This document shows positions 10,189 through 20,258 of a stretch of DNA of 64,000 nucleotides, in pieces. The stretch covers positions 5,731 to 69,730 of the forward strand of contig JBEKMW010000006.1 of NCBI GenBank assembly GCA_049523455.1. The letters are read 5' to 3'. Made by a program: the position numbers and the translations under genes. How positions within the stretch are numbered: the stretch's first letter is position 1; every line of letters begins with the position of its first letter. The DNA comes from Verrucomicrobiota bacterium (GTDB lineage Bacteria; Verrucomicrobiota; Verrucomicrobiia; Limisphaerales; UBA11358). The notes under the pieces are model-generated. The model saw nothing but the letters and a program-made list of their open reading frames with translations. It was not told where the DNA came from and searched no databases.

Positions 10189-10400
10189 TCTCCGTTTCCT
10201 ATATCGGCGCGGTTTTTGACCCTCCCTGTTTTCCTCGTCTCCATGGTCGGCGGTCTCAGTAAGACGGGGATTTGGGTCACGGCAAGTTCATTTTGCTGCC
10301 CCCATTTTTCTGCCTTCGTCTGTTGTCATTTCGTCAGGGATATTCAGGCAGAAACATTTCAGCATTTCAGCGTTTTAGCGTTTTAGCGTTTCGGCGCCCC

Positions 10401-12005
10401 TTATTGGGGGAACGCCGGCCGGGGTTGGGGTGCCGGCAGCGCGTCCTGTGGCTGGAAGCGTTGCGGCCGGAAGACCGGTTGGCGGAAGGGGACGGCTTCC
10501 CGAGCCGGCTGGCAGACGCCGCCATTGAAGCTGACGCTGAGGCCAATCAGGCTGGCAAATTTCATCAAGTCAGTATAGATGGCGCCGCCAATGATAAAGA
10601 GCACGAAGGACATGGCGAAATACGCGAAAAGGAAGCAATTGACGGTTCGCAGCGCGGGGTCGCCATGGCGCAGATTCAAATACATCACCCGCGAACCGGC
10701 AACCATAAACCACAGGAAAGCAATGGCGCCCCAGATGCCAAAGGGAATGAGCACCGAGAGCGGTCCATTGTGGTAATCGTAGGAAAGCGCAAGGGAATTT
10801 TGGGCGGGATCAAATCTGCCCTCGGCGGTGGCCATGGCCGCATCCATTCCCATCATGGAATTGAAGTCCTCGGGGTGGATGGCCAGGCCCTTGCCCAGCA
10901 GCAGGTATTGCGGAACCTGTTTCGACAGGGAGGTCCACATTTGTATTCGCCAGTCAACGCTGGCTTGCGCGGAATCCCGGGCATCTGTGCTCAAATTCAA
11001 ACCGGGAATGAAGGCGATGGTCCTTTGGGCGGTAAAAGGAAGTTTGGATGCCAACGGAAAGAGAGCCGTAAAGCCGAACACCCCCAGGAAAGCGAAGATG
11101 GGCAGCAACTTGGTGCGGTGCAGTCCTTCCAAAAAGAACTGGAGCACGAAGACGATGGCAACGCTCGCAATTCCGGCGCGATAGCCGCCCAGAAAAATCG
11201 CGGCCACAGCCAGAAGAAACAGAGGCAGCCGCCACAGTTTGCCTTCGAGGAAAACCCCGCGGATGCCATATACGGCCAGGAGCAAAAGTGCCAGCGCGCT
11301 GCCGCTGCCGGCAAACCCCGCCAGCCGTGTTTCGCCAAATTGGACGTTGCCGCCACTATAAAAAACATTCGCGTCCGGCGGGAAAACCCAGAAGATGAAC
11401 CGCGTCCAGGACGGCATGTAGGGATAGAGATCGCCAATAAAAGTGAGCAGTCCGCTGAAAAAATAGAGGCCCAGGTATAATCTGGCGTATTTCAGCGGGA
11501 CGCGCCGGGATATCAGGGCAAAATAGACCACGATGCCGGCGAACATCATCACGTACTTTTTCCCGCCGTACACCTCCGACCCAAGGGCGCGCAGTCCAAT
11601 ACCACCCGTGAGCTCGGCCGTCAGCAACACCAGGGCCCCAATGCACACCAACGGCCAGGTGACCTGCGGCACGCGGAGGAAATGCCTTTCGCTGTTCAGG
11701 GCCCGCTCGGTGACGGCTATGGCCAGGCTTAGCACGGCGATCGCCAGCCACAACGGCGGGTCGCCTTTCAGGAAAAAGAGATAAAAACCCATCTGCAGGC
11801 TCAAGACCAGCAAGGCATGATGCCAGCGTATCAGGATGGGAGACACCAGTATGAGTATCAACAGCCCGACCATGATCATGGCCGACGTGTCGTAGCCCAG
11901 CAGTTGCAAGGGGTCGGTGAGCAAATAACCCACCACGATGGACAGGGTTATGCACACCGCGTAAACGATGAGCGACTTCAGGAAGGCCGGGGCGTTACTG
12001 GTCAT
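10401..12005 (-). CDS. O-antigen ligase/polymerase-like polytopic membrane protein
   Basis: Multi-TM 534 aa protein with GGYRAGIASVAIVF and C-terminal YDYHNGPLSVLIPFGIWG; polysaccharide locus context. Confidence 0.6.
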   Translation of the reverse strand: MTSNAPAFLKSLIVYAVCITLSIVVGYLLTDPLQLLGYDTSAMIMVGLLILILVSPILIRWHHALLVLSLQMGFYLFFLKGDPPLWLAIAVLSLAIAVTERALNSERHFLRVPQVTWPLVCIGALVLLTAELTGGIGLRALGSEVYGGKKYVMMFAGIVVYFALISRRVPLKYARLYLGLYFFSGLLTFIGDLYPYMPSWTRFIFWVFPPDANVFYSGGNVQFGETRLAGFAGSGSALALLLLAVYGIRGVFLEGKLWRLPLFLLAVAAIFLGGYRAGIASVAIVFVLQFFLEGLHRTKLLPIFAFLGVFGFTALFPLASKLPFTAQRTIAFIPGLNLSTDARDSAQASVDWRIQMWTSLSKQVPQYLLLGKGLAIHPEDFNSMMGMDAAMATAEGRFDPAQNSLALSYDYHNGPLSVLIPFGIWGAIAFLWFMVAGSRVMYLNLRHGDPALRTVNCFLFAYFAMSFVLFIIGGAIYTDLMKFASLIGLSVSFNGGVCQPAREAVPFRQPVFRPQRFQPQDALPAPQPRPAFPQ

Positions 12006-12155
12006 TCTCTTATCTTCTCAATCATCATGGCCGGTTTTAACACTATATCAGTCGGTCTTTCTTGTTCCGACTGGCGGCAACCGGCCACTTCGCCAATGCC
12101 AGTCTCGTTGCTACCACAAGGATGGGGGAAATGCAAGAATGAAGTTGCCTGGAAG

Positions 12156-13064
12156 CTATTTTTTGAAATTGAAATTGTCACGGTTGCCTTCAAAATTCAC
12201 ATACGGATTGAACAGCGCCCGTTTGTTGTCGCGGATGGTGATCTGGCAACGCGACGGATGGTCCAGGACATGGAGAAAAAACATTTGCTTGACCCAGCGC
12301 GCCTTTCTGAAAATCCGGCTGTTCTCAAGAAACGCGTGGTGTTCGATTTTTCGCAACGGATTTTCCGCGTTGAATTCATTTACCGCCAACAGTTCACCGC
12401 AGTAGTTGTTGTGTGGATCCAGGGCGATGTCGTCCAAAAAGACCAGCGTGATGGGCAGATATTTTCGCGGACTGGCGTCCCGAAGGATTTTCAGCGCATC
12501 GCGCATTGAAAAATAATAATCCAGGTCGAACACCACATAGCCGATCGGTTCGTCCGGCGGCAGCCGGGAGATGAATCCGGCAACGGTGCCGGCCACTTCG
12601 CCGATGATCAATTGAACATTTGCGGGCAGGACCTTTTTCAAGGCGTCGCGGTTCATCACATAATCGCCCTGTTGGTAGAGGTCCGGGTGATCGCGATAAT
12701 CCCTGGCCGGCGGCATTCCCTGGCCCGAATCAAAGCCGTACAACTTGAAGCCCACACCGGTAACGCGAGTCACCCGGCTGGCAATTCGAGCCATGTTCAG
12801 CAATCCAGTGCCGCTGGCGACGCCGAATTCGATCAACGACACGGTGCCTATGCCTTCCTGCCGGGCAAAATCCGCGGCTTTGAGGATGCCATAAGCATTG
12901 TTCTGGCGCACGACCAGATCATAAGCGACTTTGGCCCGGTATGAGCCGAACATCCACACGAACAATGAAAAAAAGTTCAAATGGAGTGGTTCGGTCAGCC
13001 TTTCGTTGAAAATTCGAGACCAGATTCTCCGCTGGGCAAGCCTTCTGAATAGAAAAGGTTTCAT
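12156..13064 (-). CDS. SAM-dependent methyltransferase-like protein
   Basis: LIEFGVASGTGLLNMARIA, YGFDSGQGMP, YVVFDLDYYFSMRDAL; TylF/macrocin-O-methyltransferase-like layout. Confidence 0.6.
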   Translation of the reverse strand: MKPFLFRRLAQRRIWSRIFNERLTEPLHLNFFSLFVWMFGSYRAKVAYDLVVRQNNAYGILKAADFARQEGIGTVSLIEFGVASGTGLLNMARIASRVTRVTGVGFKLYGFDSGQGMPPARDYRDHPDLYQQGDYVMNRDALKKVLPANVQLIIGEVAGTVAGFISRLPPDEPIGYVVFDLDYYFSMRDALKILRDASPRKYLPITLVFLDDIALDPHNNYCGELLAVNEFNAENPLRKIEHHAFLENSRIFRKARWVKQMFFLHVLDHPSRCQITIRDNKRALFNPYVNFEGNRDNFNFKK

Positions 13065-13160
13065 TCGACATTAAGAATGCCGGATTTTCTCCCCGCTCCG
13101 TGCATTTGCAAGTCAATTTTCCCATCCCCGGAAGGGCTAACAGCCCGTCGAAAAAGCAGG

Positions 13161-13340
13161 AGACGAGGAAAACAGGGATGGTCAAAATCAGAAATACCGG
13201 ATTTAACCGCAAAGAACACAGAGAACACAAAGAATTGTTTGGGTCCCTCTCTGCGATCTTTGCGTTCTTTGCGGTTAAAATCTTCAGCTTTGGTTTCGCA
13301 TATTTCGCATATTTCGCGGTTTAAATAATTTTCAGGCGAG
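13161..13340 (+). repeat. Modular intergenic repeat, copy a (middle and right modules)
   Basis: AACAGGGATGGTCAAAATCAGAAATACCGGATTTAACCGCAAAGAACACAGAGAACACAAAGAATTGTTTGGG...TTTCGCGGTTTAAATAATTTTCAGGCGAG. Confidence 0.9.
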
Positions 13341-14534
13341 CACTTCGCGATAAATGTCCAATTGCTGGCGCATATAAACCTTGGGATGATAGCGCTCGTT
13401 TGCCACGGTCGCCGCAGCGGGGCTGGCCGGGTGGCCGGCCTGTATCCAGCGGCTGATGGCCCCGGTCAACCCGGTCCAATCTTCCGTTTCAAACAGCTCG
13501 GCTCCAGGCATGTTCGCGGCGATTTCGGCGACGCCGCCGCTGCGCGCGCCAAAGAACTTCAAACCGCGGGCAAATCCCTCGGCCACGACGCTGCCAAACG
13601 CCTCCTCGGTGGGAAAATGAATCATGCCGGAAACCCGGTCAAAGGCCTGGACCATTCCCGCGTGAGTCGGGAAGCCGAGATACCGGGCCCATCCCGCAGT
13701 TTCCATGGGTTTGATCCGTTGCAGGAATTCGCGGGCGTACGCTTGCCCGGGCGCCAGCCCCACGAACCGGAATTCGCATTTCAAACCGCGGCGGTGGAGC
13801 GTCTCGGCGACGTTCAGCAATTCCAATTGCCGTTTTCGGGGGCTGATGACGCCGGCAATGATGAGGGCGCAATCCCGGGGCCCCACACCGGTGGGCGGCT
13901 GGAAAAAAAGGCCGCGCAGGCCCGGGTAAACCAACCAGCTCCGTTTGGCGCGGGAACGGACCAGCCTCTGGGTGTAGAGGGAATTGCAGATGACCCCATC
14001 GGTGCGCGGCAGGATGAAGTTTTCCAGCCGGGCGGCGAGCCAGGCAAAGCTGCCGATGCGCGCCCGGTCCAGCCGGGCCAATTCCGCCATGTTGCCCGCG
14101 ATGGCCACGACGTTCGGAAACCCGGAAAACACCGCCGTGATGGCGCCTTCGCGTTCCGTGCCGACGCCGTGCACGATGTCCGGCTGGATTTCGCGCATTT
14201 TTGTCCGCACCGCGCGGATGCAACCCCGGTACAACGTCCGCATCCATCCCAGCTTCGGTACGTGCAGGCAGTGAAACCACACGTTCTCCGCCAATTTGGC
14301 CGGGGACTGCATGGGTTTTTGTGTGCACGAGAGCACGTGCAGTTCCAGTTCCGGCATGGAAGACACCGCCTCAATCATCGAATCCACCCCCGTCCCGAAC
14401 CGGGGCTGCGTTTCGTGGTAGGTGCGTTCATTCTGGCGGCTGTCAATTGAGATCAATGCAATTTTCATCCGGATGCCGGTCAACATAAAACCTCCTGAAA
14501 GGCTTGAAAATGGAAAACGGTTTGGCCGGGCCAT
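13332..14534 (-). CDS. Glycosyltransferase, GT4-like
   Basis: GPRDCALIIAGVISPRKRQLELLNVAE, HFPTEEAFGSVVAEGFARGLKFF. Confidence 0.8.
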   Translation of the reverse strand: MARPNRFPFSSLSGGFMLTGIRMKIALISIDSRQNERTYHETQPRFGTGVDSMIEAVSSMPELELHVLSCTQKPMQSPAKLAENVWFHCLHVPKLGWMRTLYRGCIRAVRTKMREIQPDIVHGVGTEREGAITAVFSGFPNVVAIAGNMAELARLDRARIGSFAWLAARLENFILPRTDGVICNSLYTQRLVRSRAKRSWLVYPGLRGLFFQPPTGVGPRDCALIIAGVISPRKRQLELLNVAETLHRRGLKCEFRFVGLAPGQAYAREFLQRIKPMETAGWARYLGFPTHAGMVQAFDRVSGMIHFPTEEAFGSVVAEGFARGLKFFGARSGGVAEIAANMPGAELFETEDWTGLTGAISRWIQAGHPASPAAATVANERYHPKVYMRQQLDIYREVLA

Positions 14535-14570
14535 CTTTTTGGGCGAGGCATTGGCAGTGTCCTAAATTCA

Positions 14571-14642
14571 GGAGCGCGGCTCTATGAGCCGCAGCACATC
14601 CCCATGGAATCCAAGCCGCTGCGGATCGCAGACCCGCGCTCC
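14571..14642. repeat. GGAGC-hairpin-AGC inverted pair element
   Basis: GGAGC[GCGGCTC tat GAGCCGC]AGC ... inverted GGAGC[GCGGGTC tgc GATCCGC]AGC. Confidence 0.8.
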
Positions 14643-14756
14643 GAAAACAAATCGGGACACTGCCGGAGCGCTGGAAAGCTGGACAATTGGGAAACGGTCA
14701 ATACCATTTCCCGGGCTCCAGTTTCGTGGCGATCGGAGCCCTAAATCCGCCGCGAT

Positions 14757-15032
14757 ATGCCGAACAATCTAAAAAAACTCGCCCGCAAGGCCGGAGTGCT
14801 ATTGCGCGGGGGTTGGCGTCCGGTGGCCGATCGCCGGCGGTTGCAAAAATCAGAGGATGGCCCAATGGACCCGGAGGCAATCAAGAAAGCGGGCTACCAT
14901 GGCCAATACGGCCAGGACCAATGGGTAGTGGAGAACATCTACTTCGGAGATCTGCTGCCGGAATTTCTTTACCAGCAGGGGTACCGCCTGGCAAAAATCC
15001 TGCGCAGTGACAAGATTTACGTGCGCGCGTGA
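14757..15032 (+). pseudogene. Internally deleted FkbM-type methyltransferase remnant (91 aa)
   Basis: N-part GQYGQDQWVVENIYFG resembles FkbM start, C-part YQQGYRLAKILRSDKIYVRA resembles FkbM end; the SAM-binding core is absent. Confidence 0.4.
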
Positions 15033-16240
15033 ACGACGTTTTGTCCAAGCCCGTGCCGCCGCTGCATTCCGGGATTCTTCTGGTCAGCCCGGCCGCCCAC
15101 TATCCAGCGCACAATTGGTCCAACACCGTGGCGCTGATGCGCGCTTTGGGGCGGAAGGGGCAAAACGTCCGAACGGTGATTTTCAGCACCGGCACCGAGA
15201 CGATTCCGCCGGAGCTAACGGACCGGGTTGACCCGGTCTTTTCCCGCCTGCCGCCGGGGTGGAAGAAGGTGGCGGCGGGCAAATGGCAGGAGCGGCGCTT
15301 TGGCGCGTTGATGAACCTCTGCGAAACGGTGGCCTGCCTGTTCAAGGCGGCATCAATAGCGAAACGCACGAGGCGCGATGCCGAAACCAGGGCCGTGCTG
15401 CACTTCATCGGCGGCTCTTATTGGGTGGTGGTGCTGGCCGTGTTCCCTTTCCGGCGCATCCGCTTCGTCTATTCCCTGTACGGCGGCATGTTGTCGGGCC
15501 CGGCCGCGGGATGGAAGGCCCGGCTCCGGCGGCAGCTTGGAAAATTGCTGCGGCGCGCGGTGGACACCGGCCGCCTGGATTTCACGTGCGAGAATGAATT
15601 CCTGCGCGACCAACTCGCGCCCCTGGTGGGAACACACATTCATGTGATTCCTTATGCGGTGGACGAGGACGAACCGTTGCCTTCGCGGGAGGAAGCGCGC
15701 CGCCGGCTGGATTTGCCGCCGGACGAAAAAATCGTCCTGTTCTTTGGAACTCACCGTCGGGAAAAAGACTATCGCACGGCATTGAACGGCTGCGGGAAGC
15801 TGCCGGGTCCGCCCCTGGCGCTGTTTGTGGGCAAGGTGATTTCGTCCAACGACCCGCGGGAGGTGATTGCGGAGTGCCGCTACCCCAAAGCGCGTGTGGT
15901 GGATGAATTCGTGCCGGAGGAAATGACAAAATATTACTTTGCCGCCGCCGACGTGGTCGCTTTGCCCTACGAGGCAAATTTCTCGCGCGGTTCGGGGGTG
16001 TTGATTGAGTGCTGCCGGCATCTGCGTCCGATGATCGCCTCGGCCACGCCGTATTTTTCGGCTTTTCTGGCCCGATACCCCTGCGGGGTTACGTATGTTC
16101 CGGGTGACAGCGCGTCGTTTGCCGATGCCATGCGGCGGATGCTGGCGGATCGCCTGGATTTTCGCGCGGAACTGGAACGGGCGCGGCACGACCATTCGTG
16201 GAAGGCGGCAGCGGAGCGATATCTTGAATTATATTCTTGA
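15029..16240 (+). CDS. Glycosyltransferase (GT4-like)
   Basis: GTG start overlapping the previous stop (GTGA); GILLVSPAAHYPAHNWSN, KIVLFFGTHRREKDYRTAL, GVLIECCRHLRPMIAS. Confidence 0.75.
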   Translation: MNDVLSKPVPPLHSGILLVSPAAHYPAHNWSNTVALMRALGRKGQNVRTVIFSTGTETIPPELTDRVDPVFSRLPPGWKKVAAGKWQERRFGALMNLCETVACLFKAASIAKRTRRDAETRAVLHFIGGSYWVVVLAVFPFRRIRFVYSLYGGMLSGPAAGWKARLRRQLGKLLRRAVDTGRLDFTCENEFLRDQLAPLVGTHIHVIPYAVDEDEPLPSREEARRRLDLPPDEKIVLFFGTHRREKDYRTALNGCGKLPGPPLALFVGKVISSNDPREVIAECRYPKARVVDEFVPEEMTKYYFAAADVVALPYEANFSRGSGVLIECCRHLRPMIASATPYFSAFLARYPCGVTYVPGDSASFADAMRRMLADRLDFRAELERARHDHSWKAAAERYLELYS

Positions 16241-16249
16241 GTTATATTT

Positions 16250-16560
16250 CTGTGCCATGCCACCGTCTGAAAACAAATTAACCGCGAACCACACGAACTA
16301 CACGAACATTCTTCCTGAAAACCCAGTCGAAATTCGATGCGGCCCCAAATCCCCGCCTTACAGCGACCGGCGACGACTGAGACAAGAAATACAGGGATGG
16401 TCAAAATCAGAAATACCGGATTTAACCTCAAAGAACGCAGAGAACACAAAGAATTGTTTGGGTGCCTCTCTGCGATCTTTGTGTTCTTTGCGGTCAAATT
16501 CTTCAGCTTTTCTTTCGCGTATTCTGCGTATTTCGCGGTTTAAATAATTTTTTACGCGAG
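16250..16560 (+). repeat. Modular intergenic repeat, copy b (full length)
   Basis: Starts CTGTGCCATGCCACCGTCTGAAAACAAATTAACCGCGAACC, ends TATTTCGCGGTTTAAATAATTTTTTACGCGAG; contains both halves seen singly elsewhere. Confidence 0.9.
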
Positions 16561-16619
16561 GATTTGGGCTGACCTAAAGGACTTGACTGGGCACAGCAAA
16601 AATTTATAACTCCACAAGC

Positions 16620-18533
16620 TTGAGCGCACAAACAAACCTGCAGGCCGTGCGCGCCTGGATTTTGCTCTCCGCGTTGCTCGTCGGCACAGGCTGGATTTTG
16701 TCGGCGCTTCACGAATTAAATCGCGGCGGCTATCTGGCGGTTTTTGTCATCGCCACGACAGTGGCGGTCTGGCGATGGCGAAATATCAAAAGTCGTTTCC
16801 CGGAGGCCATCCACCGCGCGCGGCATAAATTGGGGCACCGCTTCAGACGCCTGGCGCCGTTGCTGTTTCTCGCACTGGTCCTGATGTCACTCCTGGCCGG
16901 GTCGCTGTATTTGCCCGGCAACTCCGATGCATTGGCCTACCGGATTCCGCGCGTCTTGCATTGGCTCGGCCGGGAACAATGGCATTGGATTTACACGCAG
17001 GATTCCCGGATGAATGTCGTTGGTTGTAATTTTGAATGGCTGTCGGCACCGCTGATTTTGTTTACCGGCACGGACCAGTGGATATTTCTGATCAATGTAG
17101 CGTCCTATCTGATGCTGCCGGGACTGATCTTTAGTGTTTTTACGCGGTTGCAGGTGAGTCCGCGCACGGCGTGGTGGTGGATGTGGTTTTTGTCCTCCGG
17201 CTGGTGTTTCATCTTTCAGGCTGGCTCGGCCGCCAACGACAGTTGGGCCGCCGTATATGCGCTGGCGATGGTGGATTTTGCGTTGCGCGCGCGAGAGAGC
17301 AAACGAGTGGCCGATTTGTGGCTTTCCATGCTGGCGGCGGCGTTATTGACCGGTGTCAAACAAACCAACATTCCGCTGGCGTTGTTGTGGCTGATTGCCG
17401 CATGGCCCAGCGCCCGATTATTGCTGGCGCGCCCGGGGACGACCGCCCTGGTCGTTGCCGCCAGTTTGCTCGTTTCCGCCGTGCCGGGAACGGTCTTAAA
17501 CATCGAACATGCCGGCAATTGGCAGGGAGTGGCTTCCGGCGTCGAAACCTCGGGCTGGACTGCAGGTTCCGCGTTTTGGAAACTGGTTGGCAACCTGTTT
17601 TCAATTCCGCAGCAAAATCTGCTGCCGCCCTTTTTCCCCCTGGCAGATGTCTGGAATGGAACCATGCAACGCTTTTTGCAAACACCCTTGGGAGCGCATT
17701 TCGCTCCGTTTGAGAAATTTGGATACTTAAGCTGGGGAGTTTCTGAGGCGCAGGCCGGCATCGGTCTGGGGATATGCCTTTTGACCTTGGTTTCGCTCGT
17801 GGGTGTGCGCCGTTTCAGGCCGGCAGCACCGGGTGGAGAAACAAAACCCGGCAGCCATTTTCTCCGATTGATACGGGTGACGCCATGGATCTTGCTGTTG
17901 GTGTTCATGGCGGAAATTTGCACGTATCAAAATGCGCGGCTGGTGGCCGCCTATTATCCGCTCCTGTTCCCGCTGCTGTTGGCCGGGCCAGGACACGCCC
18001 GTCTGGTCCGCCAGCCATGGTGGCAATGGTTTGGCCTGCTGGTCATGCTGCTCGCGGCAGGGATGCTGGTGGTATCGCGAATGCGCCCGCTGTTTCCCGC
18101 ACAAACCATCCTTGTGAAACTTCAGGCAAAGTATCCACACACAAAAATTTTTCCCGAGCTGGAGGCGGCCTATGCCGCCCCCCGAGCCATTTTAACCGCG
18201 GAAAATTATTTCAAAAAGGACCTGCCGCCCGAAGAGCGGGTTATCGGGTATGCCACCACCAACGGGGATTCTGAGCCGGGCCTGTGGTTGCCCTTCGGTG
18301 AACGGCGGGTTGAACGGGTATTGCCGGATGACACGCCGGAACAATTGCGCCGGCGTGGCATACATTATGTCCTGGTGGAGGATCTGGCGCTGGAAGCCGA
18401 CCAGATGACCATTGAACAATGGATGCAACGATACGACGGCAGCCTGGTGGATCAACTGGCACTACCGCTGGACCGCCATAGGCCTCCGGCCCACCTTTAC
18501 CTGGTCGTTATGCATTCTTCACCGGGATTATAA
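16620..18533 (+). CDS. Polytopic membrane protein, ArnT/PMT-like glycosyltransferase (GT39/83 style)
   Basis: 637 aa, many TM segments, DALAYRIPRVLHWLGREQWHWI lumenal-loop-like motif. Confidence 0.5.
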   Translation: MSAQTNLQAVRAWILLSALLVGTGWILSALHELNRGGYLAVFVIATTVAVWRWRNIKSRFPEAIHRARHKLGHRFRRLAPLLFLALVLMSLLAGSLYLPGNSDALAYRIPRVLHWLGREQWHWIYTQDSRMNVVGCNFEWLSAPLILFTGTDQWIFLINVASYLMLPGLIFSVFTRLQVSPRTAWWWMWFLSSGWCFIFQAGSAANDSWAAVYALAMVDFALRARESKRVADLWLSMLAAALLTGVKQTNIPLALLWLIAAWPSARLLLARPGTTALVVAASLLVSAVPGTVLNIEHAGNWQGVASGVETSGWTAGSAFWKLVGNLFSIPQQNLLPPFFPLADVWNGTMQRFLQTPLGAHFAPFEKFGYLSWGVSEAQAGIGLGICLLTLVSLVGVRRFRPAAPGGETKPGSHFLRLIRVTPWILLLVFMAEICTYQNARLVAAYYPLLFPLLLAGPGHARLVRQPWWQWFGLLVMLLAAGMLVVSRMRPLFPAQTILVKLQAKYPHTKIFPELEAAYAAPRAILTAENYFKKDLPPEERVIGYATTNGDSEPGLWLPFGERRVERVLPDDTPEQLRRRGIHYVLVEDLALEADQMTIEQWMQRYDGSLVDQLALPLDRHRPPAHLYLVVMHSSPGL

Positions 18534-18559
18534 CCGCACTTCTTTGTTTCAGACCTGAA

Positions 18560-20194
18560 CTAGAACGCCGGGCGCACCAATTGGAAGAACTGGGCGCCGG
18601 CGCCGGGGGACAGCATCACCATGTTCCGATTGGTCGTGATGGCCGCGGCGTTGGTCACCGGCGTCCACGCCACGGGCGGGGACAAACTGGCGGCGGATTG
18701 GAGCTGAAAACCGGTCGGCGCCAACGGCCAGGAGATAATGGCGTTGCCGTTGGTCCATTGGACGCACAGGGTCATATTGAACATCTCAAACGCCAACGCA
18801 TAGGTTTCCGCCGCGGAAACCTGGTTGAGACTGCCTTGTTTGAGCACCTGCAAATCGTAGCGCCCGGCCGGCAAGACCGGTAAAAAAATATGCTGGACGT
18901 TGTCCACCTGGCTGGTGCTGCAGGTGACGAGGTTGCTGTTGGCGGTGTTGTAGAGAAACAAATCCAGATGGTTGATCGTGGTCTGGTTAGTCTGCTTGTT
19001 CCATTCCAGCGTGGCCGTGAGCGTGAAGGGAATGCCGCCGGGCAGGTTGAAGTAGTAATGATTCACGGTGTCCTGGAAGGACGACGTGGAAATTGAATTG
19101 TAATCCCAACCGACGGGCACGGGCTCATTGTTGGTATTGGCGTCCGGCGGATGCGACGCGCCGCTCGTGATGGAACTGGATTCGATGAACGCGTGCTGGC
19201 CGCCCTTCATTTGTTCCCACGAATTGAAAAGGTTCAACATGCCGGCGCCGTAACGGGCGTCGAGCGGCGCGGACGTGCCGTTGGTCCAGTCGGTGGGCTT
19301 AATGGCGCCATTGAGGATGAGCGCCCGGATGGCGCGCACGTCCGTCGCGGCGTTGGTGTTGGGGCCGCCGTCACCGCGTCTGGCTGCCTGTATCAGGACG
19401 GCCGCGGCGCCCGCGACAAAGGGCGTGGAATAGCTGGTTTCCTGCGCCGGTGAATAGGACGCCGTGATGTCCGGCTTGCACCGGCCATTGTCGAGGGTGG
19501 GTCCATAACTGGAATTGGGGGTGCCGTAAATGCCCACGCCCAAACCGTTGTAGCAACTGGCCGGCGGGTTCACGGGACCCCCGTTGCCGGCGCCGCTGAC
19601 GAACAGGGTGTTGTATTCCGCTGCATAGTTGTCGAAAGCCAGGTCAATGGCCACTTCTTCATTGGAGCCGACATGGACGTATTGGTCGTCCACGTAATCA
19701 ACAAAGTCGTAGCTCTGGTTCACCACCGGATCGTCAATATTGGTTGAAGGCAATGTCACGACATAGTTGGTGATGAAATCAACAACCATGACTTCCTCCA
19801 GCGCGAAATAATTCACATTATAATTGTCCACGTGGGCCACGTTGGTGGCCACGCCGCCGTAGATGCCATACAGCCCCGCCAGGCCATAAAAAATTGAAGC
19901 CACCCCGTCCGCATGGCTCGACTCCGAACCCACGGAGTTGGGAAAGCCCGTCGCCGATTCGAGGTTGGTGGAAAAGTAGGTGAACAGGTCCACCGGCTGG
20001 CCGACCTGGGCGGGATTGACTTCGAAGTCATTGGTGTCCGGGTCGGTGCCCTCCGGTTGCGCCACGCGCACGCCGGCACCCGTGAGCGTGGGGTCAACCT
20101 GCCGCAATACGGTAACGCCATTCGTGTCCAAATCAATGGCCGACAATGAGAAGGAGCAGGAAACAATTAAAAGCGCTGGAATCCACTTGGTCAT
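18560..20194 (-). CDS. Secreted subtilisin-like (S8) serine protease, divergent
   Basis: Signal peptide; SSHADGVASIFYGL, FVSGAGNGG, GRCKPDITASY, SYSTPFVAGAAAVLIQAA; C-terminal beta-type domain. Confidence 0.75.
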   Translation of the reverse strand: MTKWIPALLIVSCSFSLSAIDLDTNGVTVLRQVDPTLTGAGVRVAQPEGTDPDTNDFEVNPAQVGQPVDLFTYFSTNLESATGFPNSVGSESSHADGVASIFYGLAGLYGIYGGVATNVAHVDNYNVNYFALEEVMVVDFITNYVVTLPSTNIDDPVVNQSYDFVDYVDDQYVHVGSNEEVAIDLAFDNYAAEYNTLFVSGAGNGGPVNPPASCYNGLGVGIYGTPNSSYGPTLDNGRCKPDITASYSPAQETSYSTPFVAGAAAVLIQAARRGDGGPNTNAATDVRAIRALILNGAIKPTDWTNGTSAPLDARYGAGMLNLFNSWEQMKGGQHAFIESSSITSGASHPPDANTNNEPVPVGWDYNSISTSSFQDTVNHYYFNLPGGIPFTLTATLEWNKQTNQTTINHLDLFLYNTANSNLVTCSTSQVDNVQHIFLPVLPAGRYDLQVLKQGSLNQVSAAETYALAFEMFNMTLCVQWTNGNAIISWPLAPTGFQLQSAASLSPPVAWTPVTNAAAITTNRNMVMLSPGAGAQFFQLVRPAF

Positions 20195-20258
20195 GGCCCG
20201 GTTCAGGGAGTTTTACCAATAGTTAACTCAAGTTTCAACAGGCCGCAACTGGCATCGC

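Noticed and set aside
16095-16547. 150-aa plus-strand ORF
   Set aside because: Overlaps the glycosyltransferase 3' end and then translates the modular repeat; the same peptide fragments reappear at 20.3 kb and 13.2 kb because of the DNA repeat.
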